Notes: generated by a model from the letters alone, not told the origin. Counted from the first letter of the stretch, positions 41,446 through 57,548 are shown. The stretch: DNA of 64,000 bases from Octopus vulgaris (GCA_951406725.2 OX597819.1:14446001-14510000), one strand, 5' to 3'. Numbers and translations: made by a program.

Positions 41446-41531
41446 AATAATAGAAAATAAACAGAGATAATAAAAATACCTGTGGATTTAGCGATCAAGC
41501 ATATATTGGTATATATATATATATATATATT

Positions 41532-41648
<117 letters not shown>

Positions 41649-42519
41649 ATGTATGTATGTATATATATATATATATATATATCGTTGCTATTATCTTAAA
41701 CTGTCGTGTGTCCAAATTTGGCCAAATACGTTTTCTCCAATATTTATCTTTTGGTTGCAATAGCCGTTTCTTTTGGTCAAACTATAGTACCTCAAGCTGC
41801 TTTAGATGCCAAGATATTAAAAAAATTGTCCAAGTGTAGAACAACGGTTTTGCTATGAAATGGTGTAACTATTTTTTCGTTTTCTGGAAAAGAAACGTTT
41901 TGGACTTACGACACTTTTGCATAATAGCAACGATATAGGTATGTGAGTGTGAGCGCGCGCATGTGTATGTATGTATGTATGTATGTATGTATGTATGTAT
42001 GTATGTATGTATGTATGTATGTATGCATATATGTATGTATGTATGTATGTATGTGTACATATATATTGTAATTGTATTCATAAATCGAAGTATGCAGTTT
42101 TATATATCCAAACGGCCGATCTTAACAGTCGGTTTCGCACCTACGGTTCAACCGGATGTTTGATAACAGCTCGATTATGTAACCTGGCACTCATCAGAGT
42201 TGGCAGTTATGGAAGAAAATATGACGATTGTTTTCTATTATCGGAAGTGAAAAGCACGTCCACTTTGTGGTTGGTGTGAAACAAAAATGAAACGAATTGA
42301 AGAAAAGTTAAATCAAGATCTATGTCTCTCGGCACCAAACGGTCTCTTGGATGTTGTAAGACTACAAGAGTCTTCTGGAAATATGTGTACAGTTTATGAA
42401 TTGGTATTCGTGTGGGGTTGTGATGCATGTGGTGGCAGCACTTTAGAGGGAGGGAAGAACTTACTGGGCAGATGTTCAAATACCTAAGCACATGTTAAGT
42501 CACATAAGTACACACTTAC

Positions 42520-42611
<92 letters not shown>

Positions 42612-43606
42612 GCAGAATGAGAAAGAGAGAGAGAGTGTATCGTCTGTGTATGTTTTAATTTGTTTTGATTAAATTCTTTGTAGTATTTATGTGTGTATGG
42701 AATGTATGTAGGGTTTTTTGAGGGAAGAAGGTCGGTGTTGGGCGGATGTTCGAACGCTTGGGCCTATGTTAGAGGGCGCATATGTATCCGCGTGTTCGTT
42801 CGCGTATGTTTAGGTTAAACTCTTTGCCGGGTTTTGGTGATGGAAGAGTTGAAGGTGAAGAACTGGCGGCTATAGTCATGATGAAGCACGTAGGTACCAT
42901 AAAAAATATTTCCTTTCAAATAGGTAAGGACTGAAAGTTTAACTTCTGCAGTTAAGAAAGATGTCTGGATGCTGAGACTTCTTAATATGGCTCTTTTCTC
43001 GGCTGAGCATAATCTGCATTTTGAAATAAGCCTTGCAATTCTCTAATATTTCCAATTTATGTTGTGTTCCAAGGCGCTTTTCTTTTCAAGGATCATACAT
43101 ACCTGGCCAGGGCTGTGGTATTTCGTCTCTGGCTCAAATGAACAACCAAACATGTCAAAGCATGTGGGAACGACAGCAGGTACCTTCAAAGTAAGATAAA
43201 ATAGCCATAAGTAATCTTTCAATATCCTCGATCGATCATAATTTAAATGCACCAAACAGCTATTTCAATAGAATAAAAACATCACCATTCATATAATTAC
43301 GTAGTTAATTAATGTACGTAAATTACATAATTATATAAATGATAATATTTTACCCTAATGAAACAACAGTTGAACGCAATTATAAGCTATTCTTTTGTTT
43401 ACTCTAATTATTTTGGTCGATTCTCTATATATACGTACAAGTTTATTCCACCAGGATCTGCTGCATCGGAATAATCTATTGGAGTTTAATGACGCGTTAT
43501 TTATAGAGTTCTTAATTGTGCTTATATTTCATGCTGTGTATACATAAATTCAATATACATACATGCATAAATGCATACAAACATACATACATATATATAT
43601 ATTTTT

Positions 43607-43987
43607 TGAAGCACTCCGTCGGTTACGACGACGAGGGTTCCGGTTGATCCGATCAACGGAATAGCCTGCTCGTGAAATTGACGTGTAAGTGGCTGAGCAC
43701 TCCATAGAACGTAGTTCTCGGGGATATTCAGCGTGACATAGATTGTGACAAGGCCGGCCCTTTGAAATACAGGTACAACAGAAACAGGAAGTAAGAGTGA
43801 GAGAAAGTTGTGGTGAAAGAGTACAGCAGGGATCACCACCATCCCCTGCCGGAGCCTCGTGGAGCTTTTTAGGTGTTTTCGCTCAATAAACACTCACAAC
43901 GCCCGGTCTGTCTGGGAATCGAAACCGCGATCCTACGACCGCGAGTCCACTGCCCTAACCACTGGGCCACTGGGCCATTGCGCCTCC
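43607..43987 (-). mobile_element. SINE family C copy
   Basis: Reverse complement of 49253-49620. Confidence 0.9.
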
Positions 43988-44278
43988 ACGTTTGTATACG
44001 TATGTATGTAGACGTTCATCCACAGTGCATGGGAACGACTGGCACAAACGCATAGACTTTAGCTGTCTCGGTGCATCAACATTATCTGCGGCGGTAACGT
44101 TGATTTATCAGAGACTTTCTCAAACCTTGATGAGGAACAGGCATTCGAAGCAGACGTATGCGAGGAATTTACAGACATCCTAAAGTACTAGATTACACAA
44201 TGACAGTCTACTGGAACTATTTCACCATTTAGCTATTATTACAACGTAGTACAGGTGCCAAAAAACAACATGATATAC

Positions 44279-44313
<35 letters not shown>

Positions 44314-44566
44314 TAATTATATATGTATAGATACACAGAGGCTCAAATATACTCATACACACACACACGCACACACTCATATACATACATATATGACGCA
44401 TATATAGATACAAACATGCATGTATGACACACGTGTGCGTTTCGGATTCCTGTCTTTATGTATATGTGTGTGTTTGTGTGTGTTTGTGTGTTTGTGTGTG
44501 TGTGTGAGTGTGTGAGTGTGTGTGTGTGTTTGTGCGTGTGTGTGTGTGTGTGTGTGTTTGTGTGTG

Positions 44567-44609
<43 letters not shown>

Positions 44610-44641
44610 TGTGTGTGTGTTTGTGTGTGTGTGTGAGAGAG

Positions 44642-44681
<40 letters not shown>

Positions 44682-44840
44682 GCCATGTAAATTTTAAAAG
44701 GAATTCAAACCTCGTATTAGTAGTGCGAAACGAAAGGCACTGACGCTGATTGATCCGTTGTAGATAATCGATATTTAATGATTTCCAAACATTAATGGAA
44801 GATCTGAGCGACAACAAGATATTTTATTTGAAAAGTATTT

Positions 44841-45015
44841 CAGGCGTGGCTGCGTGGTAAGACGTTTGGATCCCAATCACGTGACTCCAGGCTCAGTCCT
44901 ACTGCACGGCGCCTTCAGCAAAGGTCTTTTGCTGTATCGGCCTCGGGTTGTCCAGAGCTTTGTGAGTAGATTTGGTAGACGGAAACTGAAAGAAGCCCAT
45001 CGTATATATACATAC

Positions 45016-45068
<53 letters not shown>

Positions 45069-45252
45069 TCTATGTTTGTCTATGTTTGTACCCCACCACC
45101 GCTTGACAACCGGTGTAACTTAGCGGTTCGGCAAAGGATTTCGATATAATATGGGTCAGGCTTAAAAAGAAAAGTACAGGGGTCGATTCATCCAGCTAAA
45201 AATTCTTCTAGGCAGTGCTCCAGTATGACCGCGGTGAAACAAATAAAAGCTA
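44841..45252 (+). mobile_element. SINE family B copy (diverged)
   Basis: aggcgtggctgcgtggtaag...ggtagacggaaactgaaagaagccc...gtgctccagtatgaccgc. Confidence 0.8.
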
Positions 45253-45270
45253 AGAGATAACAGATATACG

Positions 45271-45392
<122 letters not shown>

Positions 45393-45587
45393 GTATATAT
45401 GGTGACGTATGTTCGCCTGGAACAACAGTAACACCCACCACCCTGCCTGTCCCTAGAAAGTGGAAGTCCCACACGAGTTACTGTCTATATATATGCTATA
45501 TATATATAAAACAAGTCAAAAATATAGTATATATATAAAATGTATATAGAGGGTGGAAAGGAACACACGAGTTTTATATGTGAATCT

Positions 45588-46030
45588 TAGAAAATGCTAA
45601 GATGATTTTATAGTGAACCGGTTTCGGTCATTTTGAGACCTTTTCAACTGTAACGATTAAATAATTAAATTTAGAAAAATTAGAAGAAAAGTTTTTTTAA
45701 AAAGAATATTTCTGTAGTAGTGTTCAGATATAAGTAGCATTCTGCCTTTCTCTGACTCCCTTGTTTGCACTTGTGTGTTCGAGGTCGTATACTCTTACTC
45801 TTTACTCTTTTACTTGTTTCAGTCATCGAACACACAAGTGCAAACAAGGGAGTCAGAGAAAGGCAGAATGCTACTTATATCTGAACACTACTACAGAAAT
45901 ATTCTTTTTAAAAAAACTTTTCTTCTAATTTTTCTAAATTTAATTATTTAATCGTTACAGTTGAAAAGGTCTCAAAATGACCGAAACCGGTACTGAAAGA
46001 TTCACTATAAAATCATCTTAGCATTTTCTA
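45588..46030. repeat. Near-perfect inverted repeat (arms about 195 bp) with a 43-nt spacer derived mostly from a SINE B tail
   Basis: 45588-45782 versus 45826-46030. The arms differ by a 10-nt indel. Confidence 0.95.
45955..45998 (+). ncRNA. Minimal hammerhead ribozyme motif, U3-A8 core variant
   Basis: cag-TTGAAAA-GGTC tcaaaat GACC-GAAA-ccgg-TA-ctg. Confidence 0.6.
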
Positions 46031-46044
46031 TTTTTGACTTGTTT

Positions 46045-47168
<1,124 letters not shown>

Positions 47169-47214
47169 AGTATACATAGATATATATATGTATGTGTGTG
47201 TGTGTGTATATGTA

Positions 47215-47263
<49 letters not shown>

Positions 47264-47631
47264 GTATGATATATGTATATCCGTGCGTATGAGTTCGTAT
47301 GTATATGAACACACACATACACACATATACATATTACTTAACGAGGAAACTTCTATGTTGGTATGTCACAACTTACTGTTCTGATGAAAAAAAAGAGACT
47401 TAAGGGTCCTGTATGACGTGATGGCCACTAACGGTTATGATTGGAGCACAGCTTATCACATGACTATTCTACTACAAATAGGTTGGAGTTAAAAAAGCAA
47501 CATAACATACACATACATACATATATACAAATTAATATACATATATCTATATATACCTACATATACACACAAACTCACATCTACATCCGTATATATATAT
47601 ACATATATATATATATATGTATGTATGTATG

Positions 47632-47726
<95 letters not shown>

Positions 47727-47904
47727 ATATATATATATACACGTATATATACACACATATATTTAGACATATACGCACATATACAGATGCAGGACAGCTA
47801 CGTATGTAAGTGTATGTTTATAGTAAATATGATGACTCATACACGTTTGCAGAAATTCGTACATAGGGACCATAAGCGTATATGCTCAAAAATATGCATG
47901 TGTA

Positions 47905-47959
<55 letters not shown>

Positions 47960-48419
47960 ATGTATGTATGTATGTATATATGTATGTATGTCTAATGACT
48001 CATCTAATTCAAATAATTGAAAACGGTACATGAACTAATATGCACACATACAATATATATATATATATATATATATATGCACGATATGCGTATATTGGCG
48101 CATACATACACACTACATATATAGATACATACAGACATACAAGCATCAATACACACACGCAAACACACAGACACACACACACATATCCATAACTGTACAG
48201 AGTGGGACATCTGGTGTATAGATGTGTTCCACATGCACCATGACTTCATCTTGCGTCTCAGACGCAACACATGCAATGACACACCCACACGGGTCGACGG
48301 CAGAATTAGTTCGTCGTGAATGGGATCAAAGTATATACTAAATACAGTAATATGGAAAATGGATCTTACAAATCACTTGATCAGAGGCTATATTGATCTG
48401 GACAATAATCTGATTATCT

Positions 48420-48627
48420 CTCTTTACTCTTTTACTTGTTTCAATCATTTGACTGCGGCCATGCTGGAGCACCGCCTTTAGTCGAGCAAATCGACCCCGG
48501 GACTTATTCTTTGTAAGCCCAGTACTTATTCTATCGGTCTCTTTTGCCGAACCGCTAAGTGACGGGGACGTAAACACACCAGCATCGGTTGTCAAGCAAT
48601 GCTAGAGGGACAAACACAGACACACAA

Positions 48628-48660
<33 letters not shown>

Positions 48661-48818
48661 CATATATACGACAGGCTTCTTTCAGTTTCCGCCTACCAAT
48701 TCCACTCACAAGGCATTGGTCGGCCCGGGGCTATAGTAGAAGACACTTGCCCAAGATGCCACGCAGTGGGACTGAACCCGGAACCATGTGGCTGGTTAGC
48801 AAGCTACTTATCACACAG
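48420..48818 (-). mobile_element. SINE family B copy
   Basis: Near full-length match to 62397-62946. Confidence 0.92.
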
Positions 48819-49252
48819 CGTGCCAGATTTAAGCAAAAGTCAGGCCCTTCCAATCCTACAGGAGTGTTAAAATAATGAGAAGACATTTTTCTTAGATTTT
48901 TATGATATCTTGAATATATATTGTATTTGATGGCCTAAAAGACACTCGAGTGCATAGGACGCACCTTAGCTTGTAAAGTAAATTACCACTAAAATAATGT
49001 TTTGATTCCTTCACTTACCTGTATAACTTTATCTCATTACCGGTAATTATAAGCAATTTATTGCATCCACATTCGATATAAACGTTCCGTGGGCGATTGT
49101 TCCCCAACAGATGGCAGCACACGTTTTGTAAACATACATACCGTTTTGAACGAGTTTCGAGCCTACATTGAGTACATTGGACGCAGGGAGATTTTTAAAG
49201 CCATTTTGGGATTAAAAAAAAAAGGTGCGTCTTATAAGCCATCCAATACGGT

Positions 49253-49620
49253 TGGAGGTGCATTGGCCCAGTGGTTAGGGCAGCGGACTCGCGGTCATAG
49301 GATCGCGGTTTCGATTCCCAGACCGGGCGTTGTGAGTGTTTATTGAGCGAAAACACCTAAAGCTCCACGAGGCTCCGGCAGGGGATGGTGGTGATCCCTG
49401 CTGTAATCTTTCACCACAACTTTCTCCCACTCTTACTTCCTGTTTCTGTTGCACCTGTATTTCAAAGGGCCGGCCTTGTCACTCTCCCCGAGAACTACGT
49501 TAAGGGTACACGTGTCTGTGGAGTGCTCAGCCACTTACACGTTAATTTCACGAGCAGGCTGTTCTGTTGATTCGGATCAACCGGAACCCTCGTCGTCGTA
49601 ACCGACGGAGTGCTTCCAAG
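49253..49620 (+). mobile_element. Full-length SINE family C with a 12-bp TSD
   Basis: atccaatacggt at 49241-49252 and 49621-49632; tRNA-like A and B boxes. Confidence 0.92.
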
Positions 49621-49906
49621 ATCCAATACGGTAATTGCTTAACAAGTACCTTCACCAAATTTGAATCCGTCACTGATAATGGTTGAGGGACTGTTTCACC
49701 ACTTAATCAGAAGGAGGGTCAGAGCCCACAAATCTCTACCGGGGTCCCAAGACTAATAAAAGGGAGTGAAGAAAGTATCCATCAACTGGGTCCGAATGCT
49801 TACAGCAGAGTGGACTCCGCTAAAGGCATCTACCCCAGGTGGTACCACTCACGGGTACAGCGGGACTTAAACTTAAAGAAGCGGAGCACTTACCACATGG
49901 TATCCA

Positions 49907-50137
49907 GGCGGCGAGCTGGCAGAAACGTTAGCATGCCGGGCGAAATGCTTAGCGGTATTTCGGTTGCCGTTACGTTGTGAGTTCAAATTCCGCCGAGGTC
50001 GACTTTGCCTTTCATCCTTTCGGGGTCGATAAATTAAGTACCAGTTACGCACTGGGGTCGATGTAATCGACTTAATACCTATGTCTGTGGTTGTTTGTCC
50101 CATCTATGTTTAGCCCCTTGTGGGTAGTAAAGAAATA
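49907..50137 (+). mobile_element. Full-length SINE family A with TSD ggtatcca
   Basis: ggtatcca at 49899-49906 and 50138-50145. Confidence 0.92.
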
Positions 50138-50279
50138 GGTATCCAGCCCAATATTCTTAGAGTTCCGCAATCCGCCGCCCTCGATTAATTGGAACGAGAA
50201 AGTTAACCTCGGCGAGATTGGGACTCATAATTCTGAGTGTCACATCCAACACGAAGATTTCTTCTGGCCGATTCTTTGA

Positions 50280-50500
50280 CCCTTTAGTATTCAGATTACT
50301 CTGTTAAATGTAATACTTTTTCACTCAAATTGTTTTGAATTAATCCTGGATCATCTTACAGCTTTGAGGTTTCAATGATGTGATTACTTATTTTTAGAAT
50401 GGCATTGTAGGTTAGGTGTGAGAGGCTAGATATCGCCAGTTTGAATATAAAACATGTGGAATATATTGGGCCGGATTTGGCCAGTTTAAACACTAAAGGG
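50280..50500. mobile_element. piggyBac-type MITE
   Basis: TIRs ccctttagt / actaaaggg, flanked by ttga (mutated TTAA) and ttaa. Confidence 0.8.
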
Positions 50501-50910
50501 TTAAAAAACCCTGCTATTTCGCCGCCATGTTTTTCCCTGGATCAGGTTGGATGGCTTCACAGTTAAAAGACTTGTAAATTTTCATGCAATGTTTGTTGTT
50601 TATTTAATTATTATTTTTGTTTATTTCTATCACGAGGAGAGAAAAACAAAGCATCTTCGACCATTTTCTGAAGAACTTCAAGACAAGATTCTTGGAAGAA
50701 AGCAAAAGAAATCTGAGATTTGGTACAAGAGCTCGTAATAGAGCAGTTGTTGTTGATGCTTAACCCCATTTACACACACACACACACACACACGTGCGCG
50801 CATGCATATATACATTTACATATATTTACATTTACACACACACACACACACATATATACATACATTTACATTACACGCACACATATATATATATACATAC
50901 ACACAAACTC

Positions 50911-50987
<77 letters not shown>

Positions 50988-51541
50988 CAGAGTAAGAAAG
51001 ACAAAGATCGATAAATGGAGAGAGAGAGAGAGAGAGGTAGCTTGTCATACAGAAACACAGGTAGATAAATAGATAGATAGGTAGACAGATTGAGAGAGAG
51101 AGAGAGAGGGGAAGAGAGAGAGAGATGTAGTAAGGACAGTTGACGTATCTCATTTGTAATGACTTCGTGTTTGGGCTTAAAATAATTATTGTGTCCCCGC
51201 TCCCCGCCCGACCATTCTTGTGAAGTAAAAGCAATCCCTGCAGGTGAATTAGCTGACGTCATTCGCCAGGAATGTATAGCAAAACCCGTTGAGCCATTCT
51301 TTAATATTGTGTGATATTATAATAAGGGTTGCTTTATGTTAATTATATTTACATACCAACTGGCCGAGAGGACTGTCAATTTGTATAATGTGAAACACAC
51401 TGAAAAATGGTGCCTTTCAGCTGAGAACAAGATCCCCAGGGGATGCCGTTACATGCTGTCTCAAATTAAAAGGTAACAATTTTGCAAATTACGCATACCC
51501 ACACGCGCACATACACGCATACATATATGCAAACACACAGC

Positions 51542-51580
<39 letters not shown>

Positions 51581-51598
51581 CATATAACATATCTATAC

Positions 51599-51647
<49 letters not shown>

Positions 51648-51654
51648 TACAGAT

Positions 51655-51735
<81 letters not shown>

Positions 51736-51756
51736 CAGACAGACGAACAGACAAAC

Positions 51757-51787
<31 letters not shown>

Positions 51788-51919
51788 TAGATAGTAGGTA
51801 TGTAGGTAGGTAAGTTGGTAGATAGATAGGTAGATAGATAGGTAGGTAGATAGATAGATATATACATACATACATGCGTACGTACGTACATAGACAGACA
51901 GATAGATAGATAGATAGAC

Positions 51920-52012
<93 letters not shown>
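51655..52012. repeat. (GATA)n/(GACA)n/(GGTA)n tetranucleotide repeat
   Basis: Read directly from the sequence. Confidence 0.96.
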
Positions 52013-52198
52013 TCTTATTTATCAATTAGAAGATTCCTGTGCAAATAACGTGTTAATCTTCCGAAATATATTTCAGCCGCCATATTTCCTATGTACTACG
52101 CGCTAAAGTTCGTTTAGCTAGATATAGTTTTTGAATTATTTACAATTTTTTGTGTACATATGAACGTGTGTGACTATGTCTGTGCGTATATATATGTG

Positions 52199-52245
<47 letters not shown>

Positions 52246-52249
<4 letters not shown>

Positions 52250-52370
52250 TAATCCAAACGGGAAACAAAAAAACAACAACAATGGAACAATTACAGTATT
52301 ATTATTAATAGGCGCTCAGGAAATGGAAGCGGGAGGTATGACGTTTCGAGCGGAGCTCTTCGTCGGAATA
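52246..52370 (-). mobile_element. (TA)n-embedded probable PLE terminal fragment with a hammerhead-like motif
   Basis: Minus strand: CCGACGA-a-GAGC tcc GCTC-GAAA-cg-TC (52340-52366). The remainder resembles 39388-39480. Confidence 0.55.
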
Positions 52371-52385
52371 TGAATATGTCTGTGC

Positions 52386-52523
<138 letters not shown>

Positions 52524-52551
52524 GCACAGACATATTCATAATATATATATC

Positions 52552-52690
<139 letters not shown>

Positions 52691-52831
52691 ACACATACAT
52701 TCATGCATTTGCACAGATACACACACACGCACATGCGTGTGCGCGTGTGTCTGTGTGTGAGTGTGTTGGTGCGTGTGCGCGGCGTGTGTGTGTAAAACAA
52801 AGAGACATTCGAGAGCGGTCTGATCTTTAGA

Positions 52832-52911
52832 TGTATGTATGTATGTATGTATGTATGTATGTATGTATGTATGTATGAATGTATGTATGTATGTATGTAT
52901 GTATGTATATA

Positions 52912-52947
<36 letters not shown>

Positions 52948-53080
52948 TGTATGTATGTACGTGTGTGTGTGTGTATGTATGTATGTATGTATGTATGTAT
53001 GTATGTATGTATGTATGTATGTATGTGTGTGTGTATGTATGTATGTATGTATGTATGTATGTATGTATGTATGTATGTAC
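52832..53080. repeat. (TATG)n microsatellite
   Basis: Read directly from the sequence. Confidence 0.96.
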
Positions 53081-53409
53081 ATGATAAGTGACTCGTATAG
53101 AATTTTCTACTGTTGCATAGAAATATTCCTCCGAAATGCTACCGTACGTTTCACTAGTTCTCTTAGAGTCCCTGATCAAAAACTAAATTGTGAACCTTTC
53201 TATGGCGTATTGAGTCCTTATACAATGGTTCCTTAAGTTACTTACGGTACATCCATTGCCGACTGTTGAGTAGAATGCGATGATATTTATTGTTAAAAGC
53301 TGAAGCTTGCATGAGTCGTTACGCAAAGTTTCCTGTTGCCGATCTTCAAACGACTGATGTGGTTCAGTGAACGGTTGAAGACTTGGTAGGAGACTCTCTC
53401 TTTTTTCTC

Positions 53410-53766
53410 GCGGCCATGCTGGAGCACCGCCTTTAGTCGAGCAAATCGACCCTGGGACTTATTCTTTGTAAGCCCAGTACTTATTCTATCGGTCTCTTTT
53501 TGCCAAACCGCTAAGTGACGGGGACGTAAACACACCAGCATCGGTGTCAAGCAATGCTAGGGGGACAAACACAGACACACAAACACACACATGCATATAT
53601 ATATATATATATATACATATATACGACGGGCTTCTTTCAGTTTCCGTCTACCAAATCCACTCACAAGGCTTTGGTCGGTCCGAGGCTATAGTAGAAGACA
53701 CTTGCCCAAGATGCCACGCAGTGGGACTGAACCCGGAACAAGCTACTTGCCACACAGCCACTCCTG
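53410..53766 (-). mobile_element. SINE family B copy
   Basis: gcggccatgctggagcaccgcc...cacacagccactcctg. Confidence 0.9.
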
Positions 53767-54382
53767 AAAGCAATCGTTAGCCTTCATTATTAGTCATTCA
53801 GCCAGTGAGCATTTCCTAGCTTTATTCTTCTTATACGCTACTCTGTGTTCCTTCACAAAAGTCCTATATTCTTCCTAGAGTCATCGAAGCATTTCCTGTA
53901 ACAGTTTGATTAAACCATGCTGATGACGCCTAACAAGACCGAAACACGCCTGTACTTGTCGTGGCACTCTCGAACGTGTCTGTTCGAGATTTAGATTTAA
54001 GTTTAATTAAAATTCTATGGGTTCTCTCTCCTGCATTTCTATACGAGAGTTAGTTAAATATTGCTTCTTCACACTACAAGTGTGATTTAAAATAATATTT
54101 TTGTTGGCTACGTCACTATATTAACTATGTTAGCGCCCTCTTCTATATTTAGCAAAGTGCTTTTGGTAGTTTCCGCTGTAAATTTTATGTAGTTAAACTA
54201 CAGATTCGCTACGAAACTTTAAACTTTGTTAGTCACTTCACACACAGAAATTACGTGAATTTACATATGTTTAAGGGAGAAAAACTTAAAAACAACTGTA
54301 ATTTAGATACTTAAAATTTATCCTAGATTTCTAATACATGCTGTGTCGTGGATGAATATTTGCCAATAATTATTCTGTTATT

Positions 54383-54511
54383 CTTTTACTTGTTTCAGCC
54401 ATTTGACTGCGGCGAAGCTGGAGCACCGCCTTTACTCGAACAAATCGACCCCAGGACTTATTCTTTGTAAGCTTAGTCAAGCTATTTTGGAGGACAAACA
54501 CAAACATACAA

Positions 54512-54585
<74 letters not shown>

Positions 54586-54803
54586 GTGTGTGCGTGTGTG
54601 TATGTGTGTGTGTGTGTATGTATATATATATATATATATATATACAACAGGCTTCATTCAGTTTCCGTCTACCAAATCCACTCGGAGGGCTCCTGTCGAC
54701 GCAAGGCTATAGTAGAAGACATTTGTCCAAGGTGCTACACAATGGGACTGAACTCGGAACCATGTGGTTGAGGACCAAGCTTCTTACCACACAGCCACTC
54801 CTG
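54383..54803 (-). mobile_element. SINE family B copy
   Basis: Family-B motifs with an internal deletion. Confidence 0.85.
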
Positions 54804-54814
54804 TTAGCCATTAA

Positions 54815-55005
54815 AGCGGCGAGCTGGCAGAGTCGATACCGCACCGGGCAAAATGCTTAGCGGCATTTCGATTGTCTTTTTTGGTCTGAGTTCAAATTCA
54901 GTCAAGGTCGTCTTTGCCTTTCATCCTTTCGGAAGAGATAAAATAAATACCAGTTGAGTACTGGGGTCGAAGTAATCGACTTACTGGCCTTGTACCAAAA
55001 TCTGA
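54815..55005 (+). mobile_element. SINE family A copy
   Basis: gcggcgagctggcagag...gagttcaaattc...ctggggtcga. Confidence 0.85.
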
Positions 55006-55302
55006 AGACAATAACTATCGTTGGCCACATGCTGTACCAATGAGGCTTGTGAATATAGAAAGGTACGTGTATAGAAGACGACGGAGGTAGGTGGAATGGA
55101 AAACCATTTAACAGGATTCGAAGCTCTCAATCTATTCTTTTCATTTAGTAAGAAACCCTGCACACCCGGGGGTACGGGGGTGGGGCAAAGGTACAAGAGA
55201 ATGACGTGCCGAATGAATGGTATAAATACTACGATACATGTGTGTGTGTGCGTGTATACGTATATGTATATACGTTTGTATATGTATTTGTATATATATG
55301 TA

Positions 55303-55333
<31 letters not shown>

Positions 55334-55569
55334 GTATGTATATATACATATATACATACATATGTATACATATATATACATATATATACACATACATATA
55401 TATATATATATACATATGTATATACATATATATTATATATATGCATACATATATTCATACATACAAACACACACAACACACTTACACACACATATATATA
55501 CATATATATATATATGTATATATAAATATACATACATATATATATACACATATGTATATATATATAAAC

Positions 55570-55751
<182 letters not shown>

Positions 55752-55974
55752 TCCTTTTGCTGCGAATGGTTCAGACAGTTCAATGCTGACTCACACCTAC
55801 TACTAACCGCCTCCTCACACTACACCCACCGCTATTCCTATTTTCCTTTCCCTTTTCTTTTCTTTACTTTTTTCTTTCTTTCTTTCTTTCTTTTTTCTCT
55901 TTCTTCTCAAAACATTAGTCGAGTGTTTAGCACAGTTCTAGCTTTTCCCCTGCAGACTAAGGATTCCACAACTC

Positions 55975-55976
55975 TT

Positions 55977-56029
<53 letters not shown>

Positions 56030-56163
56030 GCTACTGCTGCTGCTGCTGCTGCTGCAACAATAACAACATCAATCACTACTATCACTACCACTATTACTAC
56101 TGGTACTACTACTATTACTACTACTACTACTACACACCACCACCACCACCACCACCACCACTA

Positions 56164-56216
<53 letters not shown>

Positions 56217-56232
56217 GCTACTGCTGCTGCTG

Positions 56233-56288
<56 letters not shown>

Positions 56289-56290
56289 AC
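55975..56290. repeat. (CTA)n/(CTG)n/(CCA)n compound microsatellite
   Basis: Read directly from the sequence. Confidence 0.95.
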
Positions 56291-56719
56291 GTAAATTCCT
56301 TAGTTGCATGCTGGTTATTTTATCTCTGCTATTAGGAAAGTTTCTGTATTCCTTGCTGTTGTCTGTAGTCACTGCTCGGACGACCAGCTACAGCTAACCC
56401 TGCCCCCACCACCACCACCACCACCACCACACCCACAACCCTTCCAACCCTCCCCCCGAACCTCATCCCACTCTCGACTGTTGTTGTTGCTGCTATTAAT
56501 GTTCTTACCGCTATACCACCTGTAATAATGATGACTTGCTCTCGTTACATCAATGATAAACATGATGATGATGATGGTGGTGGCTTTGGTGGTGGTGGTG
56601 GTGAGGATGATGAAGATGATGGTTATGATGATGATGATGATCGTGATGATGGGGAGGAGGAGGGAAATGAGAAAATGTCTAATAATAGCTTCAGGCAGTA
56701 ATAACAGCAGCAGCAGTCC

Positions 56720-57200
56720 TTTCTATTATAGACACAAGGCCTGAAATTTTAAGGGGAGGTGGGGGTCAGTAGATTACATCGACCCCAGTACTCAACTGGT
56801 ACTTAATTTATCGATCCCGAAAGGAAGAAATGCAAAGCCGACCTCGGCGGAACATGTGCTAAAAACGTTATTACGGACGAAATGCCGCTAAGCATTTTGT
56901 CCGTTGAGTTAACGATCCTGCCAGCTCGCTGCCTTTCTATTAAATTTCTATCGTGTTCTTTCTATAGGCACAAGGCCTGAAACTATAGGCTGAGTTACAG
57001 AATAGAAGTCCTTTACTTCATGAAGAAGGAATAGAGCAGAATTTTCCTTTCTTCCATTCCATTTTATTCATTATAGGTACAAGGCCTGAAACTTTAGGGG
57101 ACGGTGTTCGTTGATTACATCGATCCCAGTGCTGAACTAGTACTTATATTATCGTCCCCAAAAGGATGAAAGGCAAAGTCGACCTCGGCGGAATTTGAAC
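56720..57200 (-). mobile_element. Two SINE family A copies plus a tail fragment
   Basis: Copies at about 56720-56935 and 57070-57200; cacaaggcctgaaa-like tails occur three times. Confidence 0.8.
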
Positions 57201-57211
57201 CCATCCCGCTC

Positions 57212-57548
57212 AAAAGGTACATGAATAAGGATTGTTTAAGGATGTTGAAAGAACCACCCATGTTTCCAGAGGTGAATTATTCAAACCCCAAAGAATTCCT
57301 CTCAACACATGTCTATGATGCTCCTCCACTACTTCTGCTCGTGATCAGAGACGCACATATCGTCAGCCACTAAGGGACATGCTCAACTGGTTACGGTCAA
57401 ACAAACTGACAAGCAAATCTGTGGTATTGAGCAGAATATTTGCTGTAGCCCATCTTTTATACCAAGACAAAACAATGTACATGATAACACTTCCAATCAG
57501 TTAAGATCAGAAGCCACGAGAGCCACTGCTTGGTACTGCATCAGGGCA

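Noticed and set aside
42465-42483. Possible 19-nt minus-strand microexon (ttag|GTATTTGAACATCTGCCCA|gtaagt)
   Set aside because: Splice signals of this kind arise by chance, and there is no gene context to anchor it.
48190-48340. Unique segment with open frames on both strands
   Set aside because: No recognisable homology or consistent exon boundaries.
49253-49330. tRNA gene (also at 34030, 37018 and 43987)
   Set aside because: A and B boxes are present, but each runs into a shared SINE body, one with a TSD. These are SINE heads, not stand-alone tRNAs.
53915-53960. CTGATGA...GAAA motif as an intact hammerhead
   Set aside because: Helix II has two mismatches and helices I and III do not pair well. 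At most a relic, so it is not listed as a feature.
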